Shown: positions 9,541 to 20,332, counted from the first letter of the stretch. The stretch: 56,725 nucleotides of DNA from Ignavibacteria bacterium (GCA_003251275.1 QKGJ01000404.1:1-56725), one strand, 5' to 3'. Translations and numbers: made by a program. The notes: generated by a model from the letters alone, not told the origin.

Positions 9541-9762
9541 GGGGTATTCCTCCGTACAAATATTTATGAGCAACGCGACCGCGGACCGGGCATCGCCTGC
9601 TGCCATGAATTCAGTGAACACACATTTGTTTTCGCCGGAGAGGCGAGAATGAATTATTTGTTATGAAACGCTGCAAGGATCTCAATGTTCAGGGGTCTTG
9701 AAAATGTGAGGACGTCCGACCGGAGAAACCCGGGCTGTCAAACCGTTACCCAAGTGGGGTTG

Positions 9763-9791
9763 AATGTACATCATCTCAAGTAAAATATCAA
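9763..9791 (-). promoter_or_regulatory. Putative sigma70 promoter for nrdJ, downstream of the riboswitch
   Basis: Minus strand TTGATA-N17-TACATT. Confidence 0.55.
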
Positions 9792-9880
9792 AGAGTAAAT
9801 GGGAAAAAATTTCAGAAAGGCAGAAAAATATGCTCGCGGAGGAACAGCAAAACATTCGATGAGCAGGGTACCGCCAGCCA

Positions 9881-10072
9881 GGCTTTTCTTCCCGAAGCCA
9901 TGCTTCGATTTGGTTGTTGGCAGGTCTCCTGGCTTGCTGCAAATAAATTTTCCCTTAGCCTTCCCATTCACCAAGGGAACAGTGGCATGTCTCGGGAAAA
10001 ACTCCAACAGCTCACAGTTGCGGGGACAGCCCCGGAATTGCACCGGGTTCCCAGAAGCCGAACAATCCTAAT
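9881..10072 (-). ncRNA. Cobalamin (AdoCbl) riboswitch
   Basis: Minus strand: GGGAA-CCCGGTGCAATTCCGGG-GCTGTCCCCGCAACTGT...GCCACTG...GGGAAGGC...AAGCCAGGAGACCTGCC (B12 box), followed by hairpin GGCTT-CGGGAAGAA-AAGCC whose loop can kiss the UCCC loop. Confidence 0.93.
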
Positions 10073-10169
10073 GTTGGTTTCAAGGTGAAGATTATTTTCA
10101 CTAACTGCAAGAAAAAAATCTTTGGCAAAAAAAACGGAGACATTGTCAAAAGGAGGTGCGTCTGAATAA

Positions 10170-12968
10170 TTATTTCAGCAGCATCAACTTTCTTTCGAAC
10201 ACTAACTGGTCAGTCGCAAGCCGATAGTAATAAACCCCGCTTGCCAGCGAAGAGCCGTCGAAGGAAACTGCATAATAGCCGGCTTCCACCTGGTCATTGA
10301 CAAGGGTTCGGACCTCCCGTCCGAGTAGATCGTACAGTTTCAGTGTCACATGCGTACCTATTGGAACATCATAGCGAATTGTTGTCACCGGATTAAACGG
10401 ATTGGGAAAGTTCTGGTGCAGGACAAACTGCGCCGGAATATTCGCGTGCCCGTCAATTATTCCCGTGGTGACAATCTGAACCTCGACCGGAACCATAACA
10501 CTGGGCTGAGACGGATCATTAGAATCGACTATGATACCTGCTGTATGCGTTCCTGGATCCAGAAAGGACGTTGCAATGCGAACGTTGTGAGTGTTGGTGA
10601 CGGAACCACCGATCGTATCTCCCTCAGCAGGGATAAGAGTGATGAACTTTCCGCTTGTCGAAGAGATTGCGCCGTGATAGAGTGTCGTTGTGGTTGATGT
10701 AATCGAGATACTAGCCGGTGGTGGATACGCAGAAATGGATACTCCTGACAGAGCTTGACCGAAACCTACTGCAAGAGGAAACGAGGCTCCGTTGTAGTAC
10801 GTCACACTCTCCAGCCACCCTGCACCAATCATGTAATACTTGCCGGAATCGAGAGCAACATTGATTGGACCTGAACTTGCGAACTGTGTTCCACCAGGAA
10901 CTCTCCGTGGAGGTCCATCATATAACAACGAGAAAGTGCCAGTGGGGGTGGTACTTTCGTATACAACGAATCTCATTTCTGTCGAATCCGGAATAACGTG
11001 ATACGACTGGATCTCCTTCAGCGTTGTCGCTCGCTCCACGGCATAACGATTCCCACGAATTCTGGCACCACCGGTGAACGCACTGATCGGACCTCCAATC
11101 GTCTCTTCAAGAAGGCCACCAAAACCTCCATTCAATGCCAGTTGGTATGCGAGTTGGCTATTCACCGGTCCCGCGTTCCCGACGCTTAGCGTGGTCATCG
11201 CACTATCCCCGGGGCTGAGGCTGAATAAAATGTTGGACGGACCAACCGCGATCTGGGGAGCAGGCAGTGCGACTAGGGCCTGGTTTGCATTGTAGGTTGT
11301 TGAATCGTCAGGAGCATGGACTGTGTCCAACGCCGTTTCATAGCCAAGCTTTGAATACTGAAGAACATAGCTGCCTGTATCCGCAAGAATAAATCGAAAG
11401 AAGCCGGATTGATCTGTGGACACCGTGGCCCCAGAGGTTATGTTTTGCACTGTGACGCCGGAGAGGGTGTCCCCCGTTCCTGCTTCTGTCACGATTCCTT
11501 CAATCCGCGGAGCCGCCACGGAAACTAGCTGAAATGCAGCCCACATGTCAATCAGACCATTTCCATAAGCGTTGTCTTCCCCCGGCACGCCGTAGTCAAC
11601 CGCCGTACTATAGAGTATCTCTTTGATCTCTGTTCCAGTCAGCGCTGGATTTGCGCCACGGAGAACGGCAATTGCCCCTGCCACATGGGGGGATGCCATG
11701 GAGGTACCGGATTTCGTTCCATACGTGTTTGTGCCAATCGCAGACCGAACACTCGTCCCGGGGGCTACCACTTCCGGCTTGATTGTCGTGTTGTCACACT
11801 TTGACGGGCCGCGGCTTGAAGAACTGGAAATAATGTATGGCGTGACGCCGACATTGATATTTCCAACAGCGAATATATTGACCGCTGTCGTAATCCGGTT
11901 TTTAGGTGGAGTGATCGTAGAAGCGCCCGGACCGGAATTGCCGGCGGAAAAAACCACTGCGGTCCCGATTGCTTCTACAGCATCGATCGCAACCCAGTAT
12001 CCTGCAGCACCTGAGCACTCCGACGCACTGACGTTTGGATCTTGATATGAGTTTGAAATCGCATCGGGGACATCATCGGATGTATTGATGTTGCTGTCGG
12101 GATCGGCGGCCCATTGAAACGCGGCCAGTGTATAGCTGGTATGCGGACTGAAGCCAACGTCGATGGTTGGAGACGCAATCCAAAGCGCTCCGGGCGCTAC
12201 ACCAATGGTGTCGTTTGTTGCTGTCTCCAATCCTGTCATGATCCCCATAGTATGGGTTCCATGATCGCTACTGCCGTAATCGACGGGAACAGGCGACGGA
12301 GTATTCATCTGGTCAAACCATGCGTGATACCACGGGACGCCCGGTTGGTTTCCCCTCCACCGTGCTGCGAATGCAGGATGACTTCCCTCCACCCCGGTGT
12401 CAATATTCATCACTATCGATCCCTCGCCGTGATACCCGAGTTCCCACAACTTGTGCGCATTGATCGCTCGCAGGCCAGGCTCCGCCGAACCGGGAGATGC
12501 CGTCGGTGCGTCTGATTCTTCAACCGGCGTGTCGAGGATGAGAGGCCCATCCTCATAAATCATTCTTATGTCTTCTCTCATTGAAAGGGACTGAATCGCA
12601 CGTTTCGTTGCCTTCGCAACAATCATGTTGACAATCCACATTGGCCGGACATCCAGCACCTCTCCTTGCGATGACCGCTCCGAAAGATCCGCCCGCAGAT
12701 CACTCTGGCTTCTCTCCGACATTTCCTGAAGCGCTGTTACCACTAACCGGTGCCGCTCATCCTTTCCGGCTCTTCGCAGACGCAGCGATCTATCCATTGC
12801 CCGCACATCCACCTGGTCATCCAGAAGAATAATCAGCTGGGTAAAGTCACTTTCTCGCATTTGCTCAAGCTTTTGAGCAAGGACCTCATCAATTTTGTTC
12901 ACAGGCTGGGCGTACGAGCCTGCCAACAAAGCAATGTAGGCGATGGAAATACATGAAAAGATTTTCAA
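10170..12968 (-). CDS. Secreted S8 subtilisin-like protease (bacillopeptidase F-like) with carboxypeptidase-regulatory-like domain and T9SS-type C-terminal tail
   Basis: Signal peptide, propeptide, triad IDTG / HGTHTMG / GTSMASPHVAG, oxyanion SAGN; C-terminal QNFPNPFNPVT..KLMLLK. TTG start after AGGAGG. Confidence 0.92.
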   Translation of the reverse strand: MKIFSCISIAYIALLAGSYAQPVNKIDEVLAQKLEQMRESDFTQLIILLDDQVDVRAMDRSLRLRRAGKDERHRLVVTALQEMSERSQSDLRADLSERSSQGEVLDVRPMWIVNMIVAKATKRAIQSLSMREDIRMIYEDGPLILDTPVEESDAPTASPGSAEPGLRAINAHKLWELGYHGEGSIVMNIDTGVEGSHPAFAARWRGNQPGVPWYHAWFDQMNTPSPVPVDYGSSDHGTHTMGIMTGLETATNDTIGVAPGALWIASPTIDVGFSPHTSYTLAAFQWAADPDSNINTSDDVPDAISNSYQDPNVSASECSGAAGYWVAIDAVEAIGTAVVFSAGNSGPGASTITPPKNRITTAVNIFAVGNINVGVTPYIISSSSSRGPSKCDNTTIKPEVVAPGTSVRSAIGTNTYGTKSGTSMASPHVAGAIAVLRGANPALTGTEIKEILYSTAVDYGVPGEDNAYGNGLIDMWAAFQLVSVAAPRIEGIVTEAGTGDTLSGVTVQNITSGATVSTDQSGFFRFILADTGSYVLQYSKLGYETALDTVHAPDDSTTYNANQALVALPAPQIAVGPSNILFSLSPGDSAMTTLSVGNAGPVNSQLAYQLALNGGFGGLLEETIGGPISAFTGGARIRGNRYAVERATTLKEIQSYHVIPDSTEMRFVVYESTTPTGTFSLLYDGPPRRVPGGTQFASSGPINVALDSGKYYMIGAGWLESVTYYNGASFPLAVGFGQALSGVSISAYPPPASISITSTTTTLYHGAISSTSGKFITLIPAEGDTIGGSVTNTHNVRIATSFLDPGTHTAGIIVDSNDPSQPSVMVPVEVQIVTTGIIDGHANIPAQFVLHQNFPNPFNPVTTIRYDVPIGTHVTLKLYDLLGREVRTLVNDQVEAGYYAVSFDGSSLASGVYYYRLATDQLVFERKLMLLK

Positions 12969-13008
12969 CGTAACCTCCTTTTTCTCGAAAGGAACAATCG
13001 TTCATCTA

Positions 13009-13710
13009 TCAGTCTTCTTTGTTGAATATCGCATCGGCGATGCCGGCGTTGATCTTCACGTCCGAGTATTCAATGGTGATTGTACCTCGTTTCGGGATCT
13101 GAGCTCGTCGTCGTGGAAAATCAGTCTCGGGAAGGCCGGCCGGTTCTGTGGACTCGTCGGAGGGTGATGCGATCCGCACATCGAGTCTGGACGGAATCCA
13201 ATGTCCATTTTCTTTAGAGAAAGTGAACAAGCCCGTCAGGTTTCTTCCCCCGGGCAAAGTTCGGACAAACCCTTCCGGCGTCCATCGGGTGGTATCGATA
13301 TAGAGAGCGAAGGACTGCTTCTTCCGATCACGCCCCACGAGGATGAGCCGGCGACAGGTCTTTCCGTTCAGCGTGTCGGATGCAATATCTCCCACCTCAT
13401 ATATGCTCCCGAGGGAAGACAGCCCGAGCGCAAGTCCGTCGCGCGGAACCATCATAAAACCGTCTGCGTCAATATGCAATTTGTCGGGTTGCTTGAAGAA
13501 CATCTTTCCTGCCATCGGCGGAACGTTCAAGCGCTCCATGTCGACAGTGATTGTAATTGTTGCGGAAAGGTCTTGAATCCATGAGAACGTTTGTTCGACT
13601 CTTGTGAGAGTTGCATCTCCCTCTTCGGCCGCAGGAGACCGCAAGAAGACCAGGACCATGACCATCATGCCAGTGGTTAATGTTTGCTTGTTACGCACCC
13701 GCATTCTCAT
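13009..13710 (-). CDS. LolA-like outer-membrane lipoprotein-sorting protein
   Basis: N-terminal hydrophobic segment; GKMFFKQPDKLHI; C-terminal IEYSDVKINAGIADAIF, a LolA-like fold signature. Confidence 0.6.
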   Translation of the reverse strand: MRMRVRNKQTLTTGMMVMVLVFLRSPAAEEGDATLTRVEQTFSWIQDLSATITITVDMERLNVPPMAGKMFFKQPDKLHIDADGFMMVPRDGLALGLSSLGSIYEVGDIASDTLNGKTCRRLILVGRDRKKQSFALYIDTTRWTPEGFVRTLPGGRNLTGLFTFSKENGHWIPSRLDVRIASPSDESTEPAGLPETDFPRRRAQIPKRGTITIEYSDVKINAGIADAIFNKED

Positions 13711-13836
13711 TTGGAGTTCGGCATGAAGGGTTTCCTCTAACAGACTTTCCCCGATTGTTACAAGAATTCACCTCGATCAAATCCAGTTTCTGGTCGTCGA
13801 TTCTTCCTCTCGATGACAAAGAGGAACACCGAGGCC

Positions 13837-15333
13837 TCAGTCGTCAATAAACGGTTGCCACTTTTTATCATCGGGCCGCTTTGTCATCAAGCTGACAACA
13901 ACGAGAGTCATTATCGAGACAATCATCGCAGGTATGGCTATGTAATCCGTGTCCATCGGGAGGGAGATTCCGAAGAGCTGTGCGGCAGGATCACTATTCT
14001 TGAAGACTGAGTTCAGGACTGTGATCGCAATGACCGTCAACATACCTGCTGCTATCGATGCCACACCACCTGCACTCGTTACGCGTTTCCAGAAGAATGC
14101 GGCCAGCAGTGCGGGTGCCAGTGACGCGCCGATCATCGTGTAGGATATAAGTGCCATTTCGAGAATGGTCTCAAACTGGCTCATCAGCAAATATGCCAGC
14201 ACCCCGATGGCGGCAATGCAGGCACGCTGCAACCAGACAACTTGCGTCGGCGTGGCATCCTTATAAAAGAATGCCAGAAAAATATCACGGGTAACGTTTG
14301 TCGAGGTCACCATCAAAAACGTATTGCCCGTAGAAATAATGATCGCCACACCCGCCGAAAGCAACAACGAACCTATGATGACCGGCAGATGCTCGTAACC
14401 GATGCGAAGGATGATCTCCTCCGCCATGGCCCGATTGATGCTGCCATCGCTCAAAAAGAAACGTGGATCATTGGAGTAAAGGGCGAACCCGACGAGCGCA
14501 ATGGTCATCATCAGTGTTTCTATGATAACGACGCCAGCGAACATCCCCATAACCGCCTGTCGCGCGCCTTTCTCATCTTTCGCAGATGCGAATTTTTGAT
14601 AGATGCTGCTCTCGCTTATCAACAGGAGAAATGTTGGCAGCATGATACCAACGATCCAGAAAAAATCGTGACCGCCTGAAACCGAGAGGTACTCCGGATG
14701 AGAGCTTTCGATAGTCGCAACGACAGCCCCCAAGCCACCGTGTGACGAGATCGCGAATGGGAGCGTAACGATCATCGCCAGCAACATCACAACACCGTTG
14801 AAAATGTCGATCGAGACGATCGATACCATTCCCGCCAGCATAGTGAATCCGACAATTAGAATCGCCGCGATCAACATGCCGGTTTCAGCGCTGATCGAAC
14901 CATCCGTCAGAATCGATATGAAACGACCACCGCCCTTAAACTGATAACCCGCGATAACCATATAGGCAACAACAATTGTCAACGTCCCAAGGATTTTTGC
15001 AGTCCGGTTATACCTTTTCTCCAGCAAGTCCGTAAGGGTATATTGAGCAATTCGTCGCACTCGCGCAGCAAGGAAATACACAACTAAAATTCCAACCCAA
15101 GCGCCCGTTGAAAACCACAACTCGGACACACCGGTGCGGAATGTCAATCCAGCGGTCCCAAAAAGACTCCCCGAGCCGATCCAGGTACAAACGAGCGTGG
15201 CAACTAGCATGTACACCGGAACGCTACGACCGGCCACCATAAAGTCATCCGCGGACTTCACGGTACGGCTCTTGTAAACGCTGACGCCCAGCAGAACCAG
15301 CACATATCCGACCACGACAACAATATGAATCAT
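13837..15333 (-). CDS. Sodium:solute symporter (SSS) family transporter
   Basis: DDFMVAGRS, TWIGSGS, TLTDLLEKRY, many TM helices, AFFWKRVT..G. Confidence 0.92.
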   Translation of the reverse strand: MIHIVVVVGYVLVLLGVSVYKSRTVKSADDFMVAGRSVPVYMLVATLVCTWIGSGSLFGTAGLTFRTGVSELWFSTGAWVGILVVYFLAARVRRIAQYTLTDLLEKRYNRTAKILGTLTIVVAYMVIAGYQFKGGGRFISILTDGSISAETGMLIAAILIVGFTMLAGMVSIVSIDIFNGVVMLLAMIVTLPFAISSHGGLGAVVATIESSHPEYLSVSGGHDFFWIVGIMLPTFLLLISESSIYQKFASAKDEKGARQAVMGMFAGVVIIETLMMTIALVGFALYSNDPRFFLSDGSINRAMAEEIILRIGYEHLPVIIGSLLLSAGVAIIISTGNTFLMVTSTNVTRDIFLAFFYKDATPTQVVWLQRACIAAIGVLAYLLMSQFETILEMALISYTMIGASLAPALLAAFFWKRVTSAGGVASIAAGMLTVIAITVLNSVFKNSDPAAQLFGISLPMDTDYIAIPAMIVSIMTLVVVSLMTKRPDDKKWQPFIDD

Positions 15334-15402
15334 ACGTAACCTCTTAATCCCGGATATTCGATGATTTGTTCTTTTTCACTCACTCCTCTCATCAAGCCAC
15401 TC

Positions 15403-16578
15403 TTATAGGAGAAGAAGCTCCTTCTGCATTTCTCCGGTCACTTCCGGAACGCCATCATGACGGACGAACATGTTAATTTCTGTTCGGGCTGCCATTTCCC
15501 CTTCAAGGTAAATCCCCGGCTCCACCGAGAAGCAGCATCCCGGCATGAGTTGGCGCTCATCTTTTGTTTCGAGATTATCGATGTTCACGCCGTTTCCATG
15601 CACTTCCTCGCCAATGGAATGACCCGTGCGATGAAGAAAATACTTCCCATAGCCCGCTTTCTTCACCATCGACCTGCACGCATCGTCAACTTCCCAACCA
15701 TAACATGCCTTCCCCTCCTCAAATCGTCTCTTGACGAACGCAACCGCGGCATCACGTCCGCTCCTGGCTGCCTCGAATATCTCTCGGTACTTTGGAGACG
15801 GGGTATTCCCCACAAAACCAACCCATGTTATGTCGTAGTATATTCCTCCGGGTTCGGATTTGCGCGCCCAGAGATCGATTAAAACTGTATCTCCGGTTTT
15901 GAACGGCCTTGCATTCTGTGGTGTGATTTCAAAATGCGGGTCCGCCGGGTGCTCGTTTGTTCCGACAATGGGCGCATCATGCGTTTCCAGACCCTCTTCT
16001 TCAAAACGGCCAAGGATAAACTGCTGTATGTCATATTCGGTCGTTCCGTTTCCCGAGGCAACCGCGTCCCGGATTTTTTGAAACGCCTCAGCGCGAATGC
16101 GATCGACAATCACGCCCGCTTCCTTATGCAGGCGATATCCTTTCTCGCTGATCGTTGATTCAAAGAGTTGCACCAAGTCTGCGGAAGAGACAATCTTATG
16201 CCCGAATCCTTTTACCAGTTCGAAAATCCCTGCATCCACAAGCGAGACGTAGGGGATATTGTTCTTCGGCGAGTACTGCATGGCAATTTTCTTTTTGTTG
16301 CCAAGCATTCGCTTGAGTGAGGAATGCAATTGCTCCCAGGCAAGATACACCTGCTTGGAGCCTGCAAGGGAATCAAGCTTTCCTTTCTCAACGGTATGAA
16401 CAAGTTTCTTCGGACTCCCTTTGGCAGGAATAAAGTAGAACCATCGGCGGGTGCTGATCTTCGTTGGATCAATTCCGAGAATACGATACGCAAGATGGTC
16501 GCGCCCACGAAAATCAGCCAGCAGCCAGCCGTCCAGTTTCCGTTCGCGCAACGCCTGTTGAATATGTTCAAGATCCAT
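15403..16578 (-). CDS. M24 family Xaa-Pro aminopeptidase
   Basis: DPH, LIDLW, YYDITW, HRTGHSIG, SVEPGIY, RTE. Start at ATG 16578 preferred. Confidence 0.9.
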   Translation of the reverse strand: MDLEHIQQALRERKLDGWLLADFRGRDHLAYRILGIDPTKISTRRWFYFIPAKGSPKKLVHTVEKGKLDSLAGSKQVYLAWEQLHSSLKRMLGNKKKIAMQYSPKNNIPYVSLVDAGIFELVKGFGHKIVSSADLVQLFESTISEKGYRLHKEAGVIVDRIRAEAFQKIRDAVASGNGTTEYDIQQFILGRFEEEGLETHDAPIVGTNEHPADPHFEITPQNARPFKTGDTVLIDLWARKSEPGGIYYDITWVGFVGNTPSPKYREIFEAARSGRDAAVAFVKRRFEEGKACYGWEVDDACRSMVKKAGYGKYFLHRTGHSIGEEVHGNGVNIDNLETKDERQLMPGCCFSVEPGIYLEGEMAARTEINMFVRHDGVPEVTGEMQKELLLL

Positions 16579-16639
16579 GAGTGCGTTCCTGGCAATGAAT
16601 AATTGGGGAAAATGCAAGGATGAAGTGAAAGGTGTGGGG

Positions 16640-17515
16640 TTAACTCAGGACATCCTTCTTCACAAAAATATACCACGTTACAAGGTAAAATCCAACGCTG
16701 AACCCGGAAAGCCGCAGCAACGAAGAACCGATTTCGCCCCAACGAATCGGCATCTCGAAGGCTTGCATCCAGACGTTCATGTAGGTAGTGAAGAGATATG
16801 GTCGGACAGCCTGGACGCTTTCGATCGGAAGATTCGCAATGACAAAGAAAACAATAATAACCGCCATGGTCGCAATGATGGGACCAATCGCATTCTCCAC
16901 GAGGGAAGAGAAAAGAAAAGCCAGCGACGACACGCACCACATGCTCACTACCGCAAAACCAAAACCAAGCATCAACCTGGCAGGAACGGAAGCCGCAGGA
17001 ATAATGATGAACTCTTTTCCAACCACCAACAAATCTCCCGGACCGAACAAGATCAACCCCACTCCTACGCCAACTGCACCGAGAAAGATCACCAGGAGCG
17101 CAGCATACACCAACGTCGCCAGATATTTACTCAAGAGAATCCTCGACCGGGACGAGGGCCGTGTCAGAAGCAGGCGAACCGTGCCGGATGTGGCTTCACC
17201 GGCCAACTGATCACCGGCGACGAGAGCGATCAGAAAAGGAACATGCACCCAGAGACTCATCATGAGAGTGTAGGTGACCCAGTAGGCATTGAAGAGGTTT
17301 CCGATAAGAAGAAAATCGCGGGAAAGGTTGCGTGTCATGTTCTGCACCATGGTTCCGCCTTCCAACTTCAGTGCGACCTCCACCAGGGGAATGACGACGG
17401 CAAGGGTAATAAACCCGATATAGGTTCTCCACTTGAAGAATGTTTTGATCAGTTCGTGGCGGAGAAGAAGAAACAGAGAAGGCGGATGATATACTGCACG
17501 ATTCTCAATCGACAT
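16640..17515 (-). CDS. ABC-2 type transporter permease
   Basis: HELIK, GEATSGTVRLLLTRPSSRSRILLSKY, multiple TMs, C-terminal FVKKDVLS. Confidence 0.85.
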   Translation of the reverse strand: MSIENRAVYHPPSLFLLLRHELIKTFFKWRTYIGFITLAVVIPLVEVALKLEGGTMVQNMTRNLSRDFLLIGNLFNAYWVTYTLMMSLWVHVPFLIALVAGDQLAGEATSGTVRLLLTRPSSRSRILLSKYLATLVYAALLVIFLGAVGVGVGLILFGPGDLLVVGKEFIIIPAASVPARLMLGFGFAVVSMWCVSSLAFLFSSLVENAIGPIIATMAVIIVFFVIANLPIESVQAVRPYLFTTYMNVWMQAFEMPIRWGEIGSSLLRLSGFSVGFYLVTWYIFVKKDVLS

Positions 17516-18431
17516 CGCTCGCCCCCTCGGTGATGGAAAGAAAGTACTGTTCCAGGGAACGAAGAGGGGTGATCGTGGCAATTTCAATTCCTGATTTCAT
17601 CAGCATCGAGGAGAGGAGTGAGGAATCCGTATTGCCAATCGTCACCTGCAACTCGTCACCCTGCGCAACAACCCTTTTGACAAACGAAAGCCGGGCGAGA
17701 ACGCGTTTTGTGTAATCCATCGGACGGGCAATGAGGCGGACGACCGTATCGCCGTCGTTCAGCAACTCCCCCACTTTTCCCTGCACAATAATTTCTCCGC
17801 GGTGGATGACCGCCATGTTCGTCGCCACCTGCTCGATTTCGCTGAGAAGGTGAGACGAGAGGAACACGGTGATGCCGCGTTCCGCGGAGAGCCGACCGAT
17901 CAGTTCGCGAACCTCTTTGATCCCCTGCGGATCAAGCCCGGTCGTTGGTTCATCCAGAACAATAAACTCCGGCTGCCGCAGCAAGGCCTGAGCAATGCCC
18001 AGTCGTTGCTTCATGCCATGTGAATAAGTCTTGACCCTGTCGTCCGCCCTCTTCGCGAGTCCGACAAGATGAAGAACTTCATCGATTTCCTTTTTGGAAA
18101 TATTTCCACCAAGAGCAGCGATCGATTCAAGGTTACGGCGCCCGGACAGATACAGATAGAAGTCCGCCCGCTCCACCAGGCCCCCGAGACGCGACAAAAC
18201 ATCCGCACGATGCATCAACACATTCTTCTGAAAGAACTCCACCCGGCCCGTCGTCGGACGGATGAGCGTCAGCAGCATTCTGATAGTTGTGCTTTTCCCC
18301 GCTCCGTTTGGCCCGAGGAACCCGAATATTTCTCCGCGGTGGACAAGAAGATTCGCCTCTCGCACAGCCCATCGGTGGCGATACTTCTTGCCAAGATTAA
18401 ACGTCTGGAGAACGATTTCGGAAGACATCAT
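17505..18431 (-). CDS. ABC transporter ATP-binding protein (BcrA-like exporter)
   Basis: Walker A GPNGAGKS, signature YSHGMKQRL, Walker B LDEPT, SSH. Confidence 0.93.
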   Translation of the reverse strand: MMSSEIVLQTFNLGKKYRHRWAVREANLLVHRGEIFGFLGPNGAGKSTTIRMLLTLIRPTTGRVEFFQKNVLMHRADVLSRLGGLVERADFYLYLSGRRNLESIAALGGNISKKEIDEVLHLVGLAKRADDRVKTYSHGMKQRLGIAQALLRQPEFIVLDEPTTGLDPQGIKEVRELIGRLSAERGITVFLSSHLLSEIEQVATNMAVIHRGEIIVQGKVGELLNDGDTVVRLIARPMDYTKRVLARLSFVKRVVAQGDELQVTIGNTDSSLLSSMLMKSGIEIATITPLRSLEQYFLSITEGASDVD

Positions 18432-18493
18432 TTTGGGGATGTGGGTGGAATACGTTTGTATATATCACGAAATGCCGAGAACCGCAACACATA

Positions 18494-18522
18494 TTGCTTC
18501 TCCAGCGTGATTTCTCTATCAT
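18494..18522 (+). promoter_or_regulatory. Putative sigma70 promoter of histidine kinase
   Basis: TTGCTT-N17-TATCAT. Confidence 0.45.
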
Positions 18523-18601
18523 ACTTTGTACCACGAGTGACAATGAGAACGCAACACCTCAATTACCGGAATCCTCATACCTCTCCGGGCATATAAGCCG
18601 C

Positions 18602-20332
18602 ATGGCCAAGAAACGCATAGCGCGCCAAAAATCATCACGGAGATCCTCTATTCGTCGCGGGGCTACATCGTCTGCAGGCGGAACGCGCAAGCGTCAAAGG
18701 TCGCTCAATGGCATCGATCGAGTCCGACAGAATATTCTCTTTACAGACGTAAAGGAAAAGGCTCTCGACGCCGTCATGCCTAAACTCACAGAAGTTCATT
18801 ACAAGCCCGGCGAGATCATTTTTGATGAGTCAACTCTCGGTCGATCGCTCTACCTCATTGCTAAGGGAAGAATACGCATCAAGAAGTACACGAAGTATGG
18901 AATCGAAACCAGATTAGCAATTCTGCGTGAGAACGATTTCTTTGGTGAGCTATCTATTATTGACGGGCAGGTGCGATCAGCAAGGGCCGATGCCATTGAA
19001 GACTGCATCATTATGGAAATGAGCGGAGACGATTTCCGCCACCTGGTGAACACGAGCCCCGCCTTCGCGATGAATTTGATGAAGAAGCTCTCGTTCAGCC
19101 TTCGAGCGATGGATCAAACATTCGTTGCCGAACTCGAGAAAAACTCTCTGTCTGCAAAGATCAAGATGGATCGCCTGAACTTGCTGGTGGAAGCAAGCAA
19201 GACTGTGAACTCAACTATTGACATCGACAAACTGCTTGGACTGATTCTTGGTGCGGCAACGCGCAGCGTTGATGCAGACAGGGGAACGCTGTACCTGATC
19301 GATGAAGCGGCAGGAGAAATCTGGTCGAAGATGACACAAGGAAAGAGCACTGTAGAAATCCGGCTTCCCATCGGAAAAGGCCTGGCCGGATATGTTGCCA
19401 AGACCGGCGAGACCATCAACATCGCCGATGCATACAAGGATCCCCGCTTCAATCCCGAAATCGACAAGCGAAGCGGTTACCGCACACACAACGTCCTTAC
19501 AATTCCAATGCGTGACAAGGAAGGAAAGATCGTTGGCGTCTTTCAATTCCTCAATAAGAAAACGGGCGCCTTCACGGAGGACGATGAGGCATTCATCGAT
19601 GCGCTCTCTGTGCATGCTGCAATCGCTGTCGAAAACGCATGGCTTGCGCAAGAGATGGTAAAAGGTGAACGTCTGAGCGCGGTGGGAAGAATGGCGAGTA
19701 CGATCATTCATGATATCAAGAACCCGATGAGCACCCTTCGCCTCTATGCACAGGTCATCAAGAAGCGATCGGGCAACGAGGAAGCATCGAGGATGGCGGA
19801 AGAAATCATCCGGCAGGTGGACCGGTTCGTGAATATGACCCAGGAAATTCTCGACTTTTCACGCGGCATAAGCGAAATACATTTGCAGGACACCGACGTT
19901 GGCGTGTTAATGGACACGGCTCTTCGGTTCATCGAGCAGGACCTGAATAAAAAGAAGGTCAAACTTGAGCGGAAGCTCAATTATGCCGGCAATTGCCTGC
20001 TTGATCTTGACAAGATGGTGCGTGTTTTCTACAATCTCGCCACCAATGCCGCCGACGCGATGCCTCACGGCGGAACGCTCACAGTCGGCACAGAGCAACA
20101 GGACGGTCATCTTGTTATCACCTTTTCCGATACCGGAGAAGGAATCTCGGATGAAATCAGGGCAAAAATCTTCGAACCGTTCGTTACGTACGGTAAGAAA
20201 CATGGCACCGGACTGGGCCTCTCCATCGTGAAGAAGATCATTCAGGATCACAAGGGCACGATCCAAGTCTCAACGGAGAGAGACAAGGGCACAACGTTCA
20301 CGCTGAACCTGCCTCTTAAAGGACCGTCGTAG
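18602..20332 (+). CDS. Soluble cNMP-binding + GAF histidine kinase
   Basis: cNMP domain ([17 protein letters not shown]), GAF domain ([33 protein letters not shown]), H-box HDIKNPM, N-box [20 protein letters not shown]. No TM segment. Confidence 0.9.
   Translation: MAKKRIARQKSSRRSSIRRGATSSAGGTRKRQRSLNGIDRVRQNILFTDVKEKALDAVMPKLTEVHYKPGEIIFDESTLGRSLYLIAKGRIRIKKYTKYGIETRLAILRENDFFGELSIIDGQVRSARADAIEDCIIMEMSGDDFRHLVNTSPAFAMNLMKKLSFSLRAMDQTFVAELEKNSLSAKIKMDRLNLLVEASKTVNSTIDIDKLLGLILGAATRSVDADRGTLYLIDEAAGEIWSKMTQGKSTVEIRLPIGKGLAGYVAKTGETINIADAYKDPRFNPEIDKRSGYRTHNVLTIPMRDKEGKIVGVFQFLNKKTGAFTEDDEAFIDALSVHAAIAVENAWLAQEMVKGERLSAVGRMASTIIHDIKNPMSTLRLYAQVIKKRSGNEEASRMAEEIIRQVDRFVNMTQEILDFSRGISEIHLQDTDVGVLMDTALRFIEQDLNKKKVKLERKLNYAGNCLLDLDKMVRVFYNLATNAADAMPHGGTLTVGTEQQDGHLVITFSDTGEGISDEIRAKIFEPFVTYGKKHGTGLGLSIVKKIIQDHKGTIQVSTERDKGTTFTLNLPLKGPS

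Noticed and set aside
9545..9760. NrdR boxes in the nrdJ leader
   Set aside because: AT-rich near-palindromes (e.g. ACAAATATTTATG) match the NrdR consensus too poorly and are not in tandem.
9682..9942. 86-aa ORF as the riboswitch-controlled gene
   Set aside because: It overlaps the B12 box, has no SD, and has no recognisable protein features.
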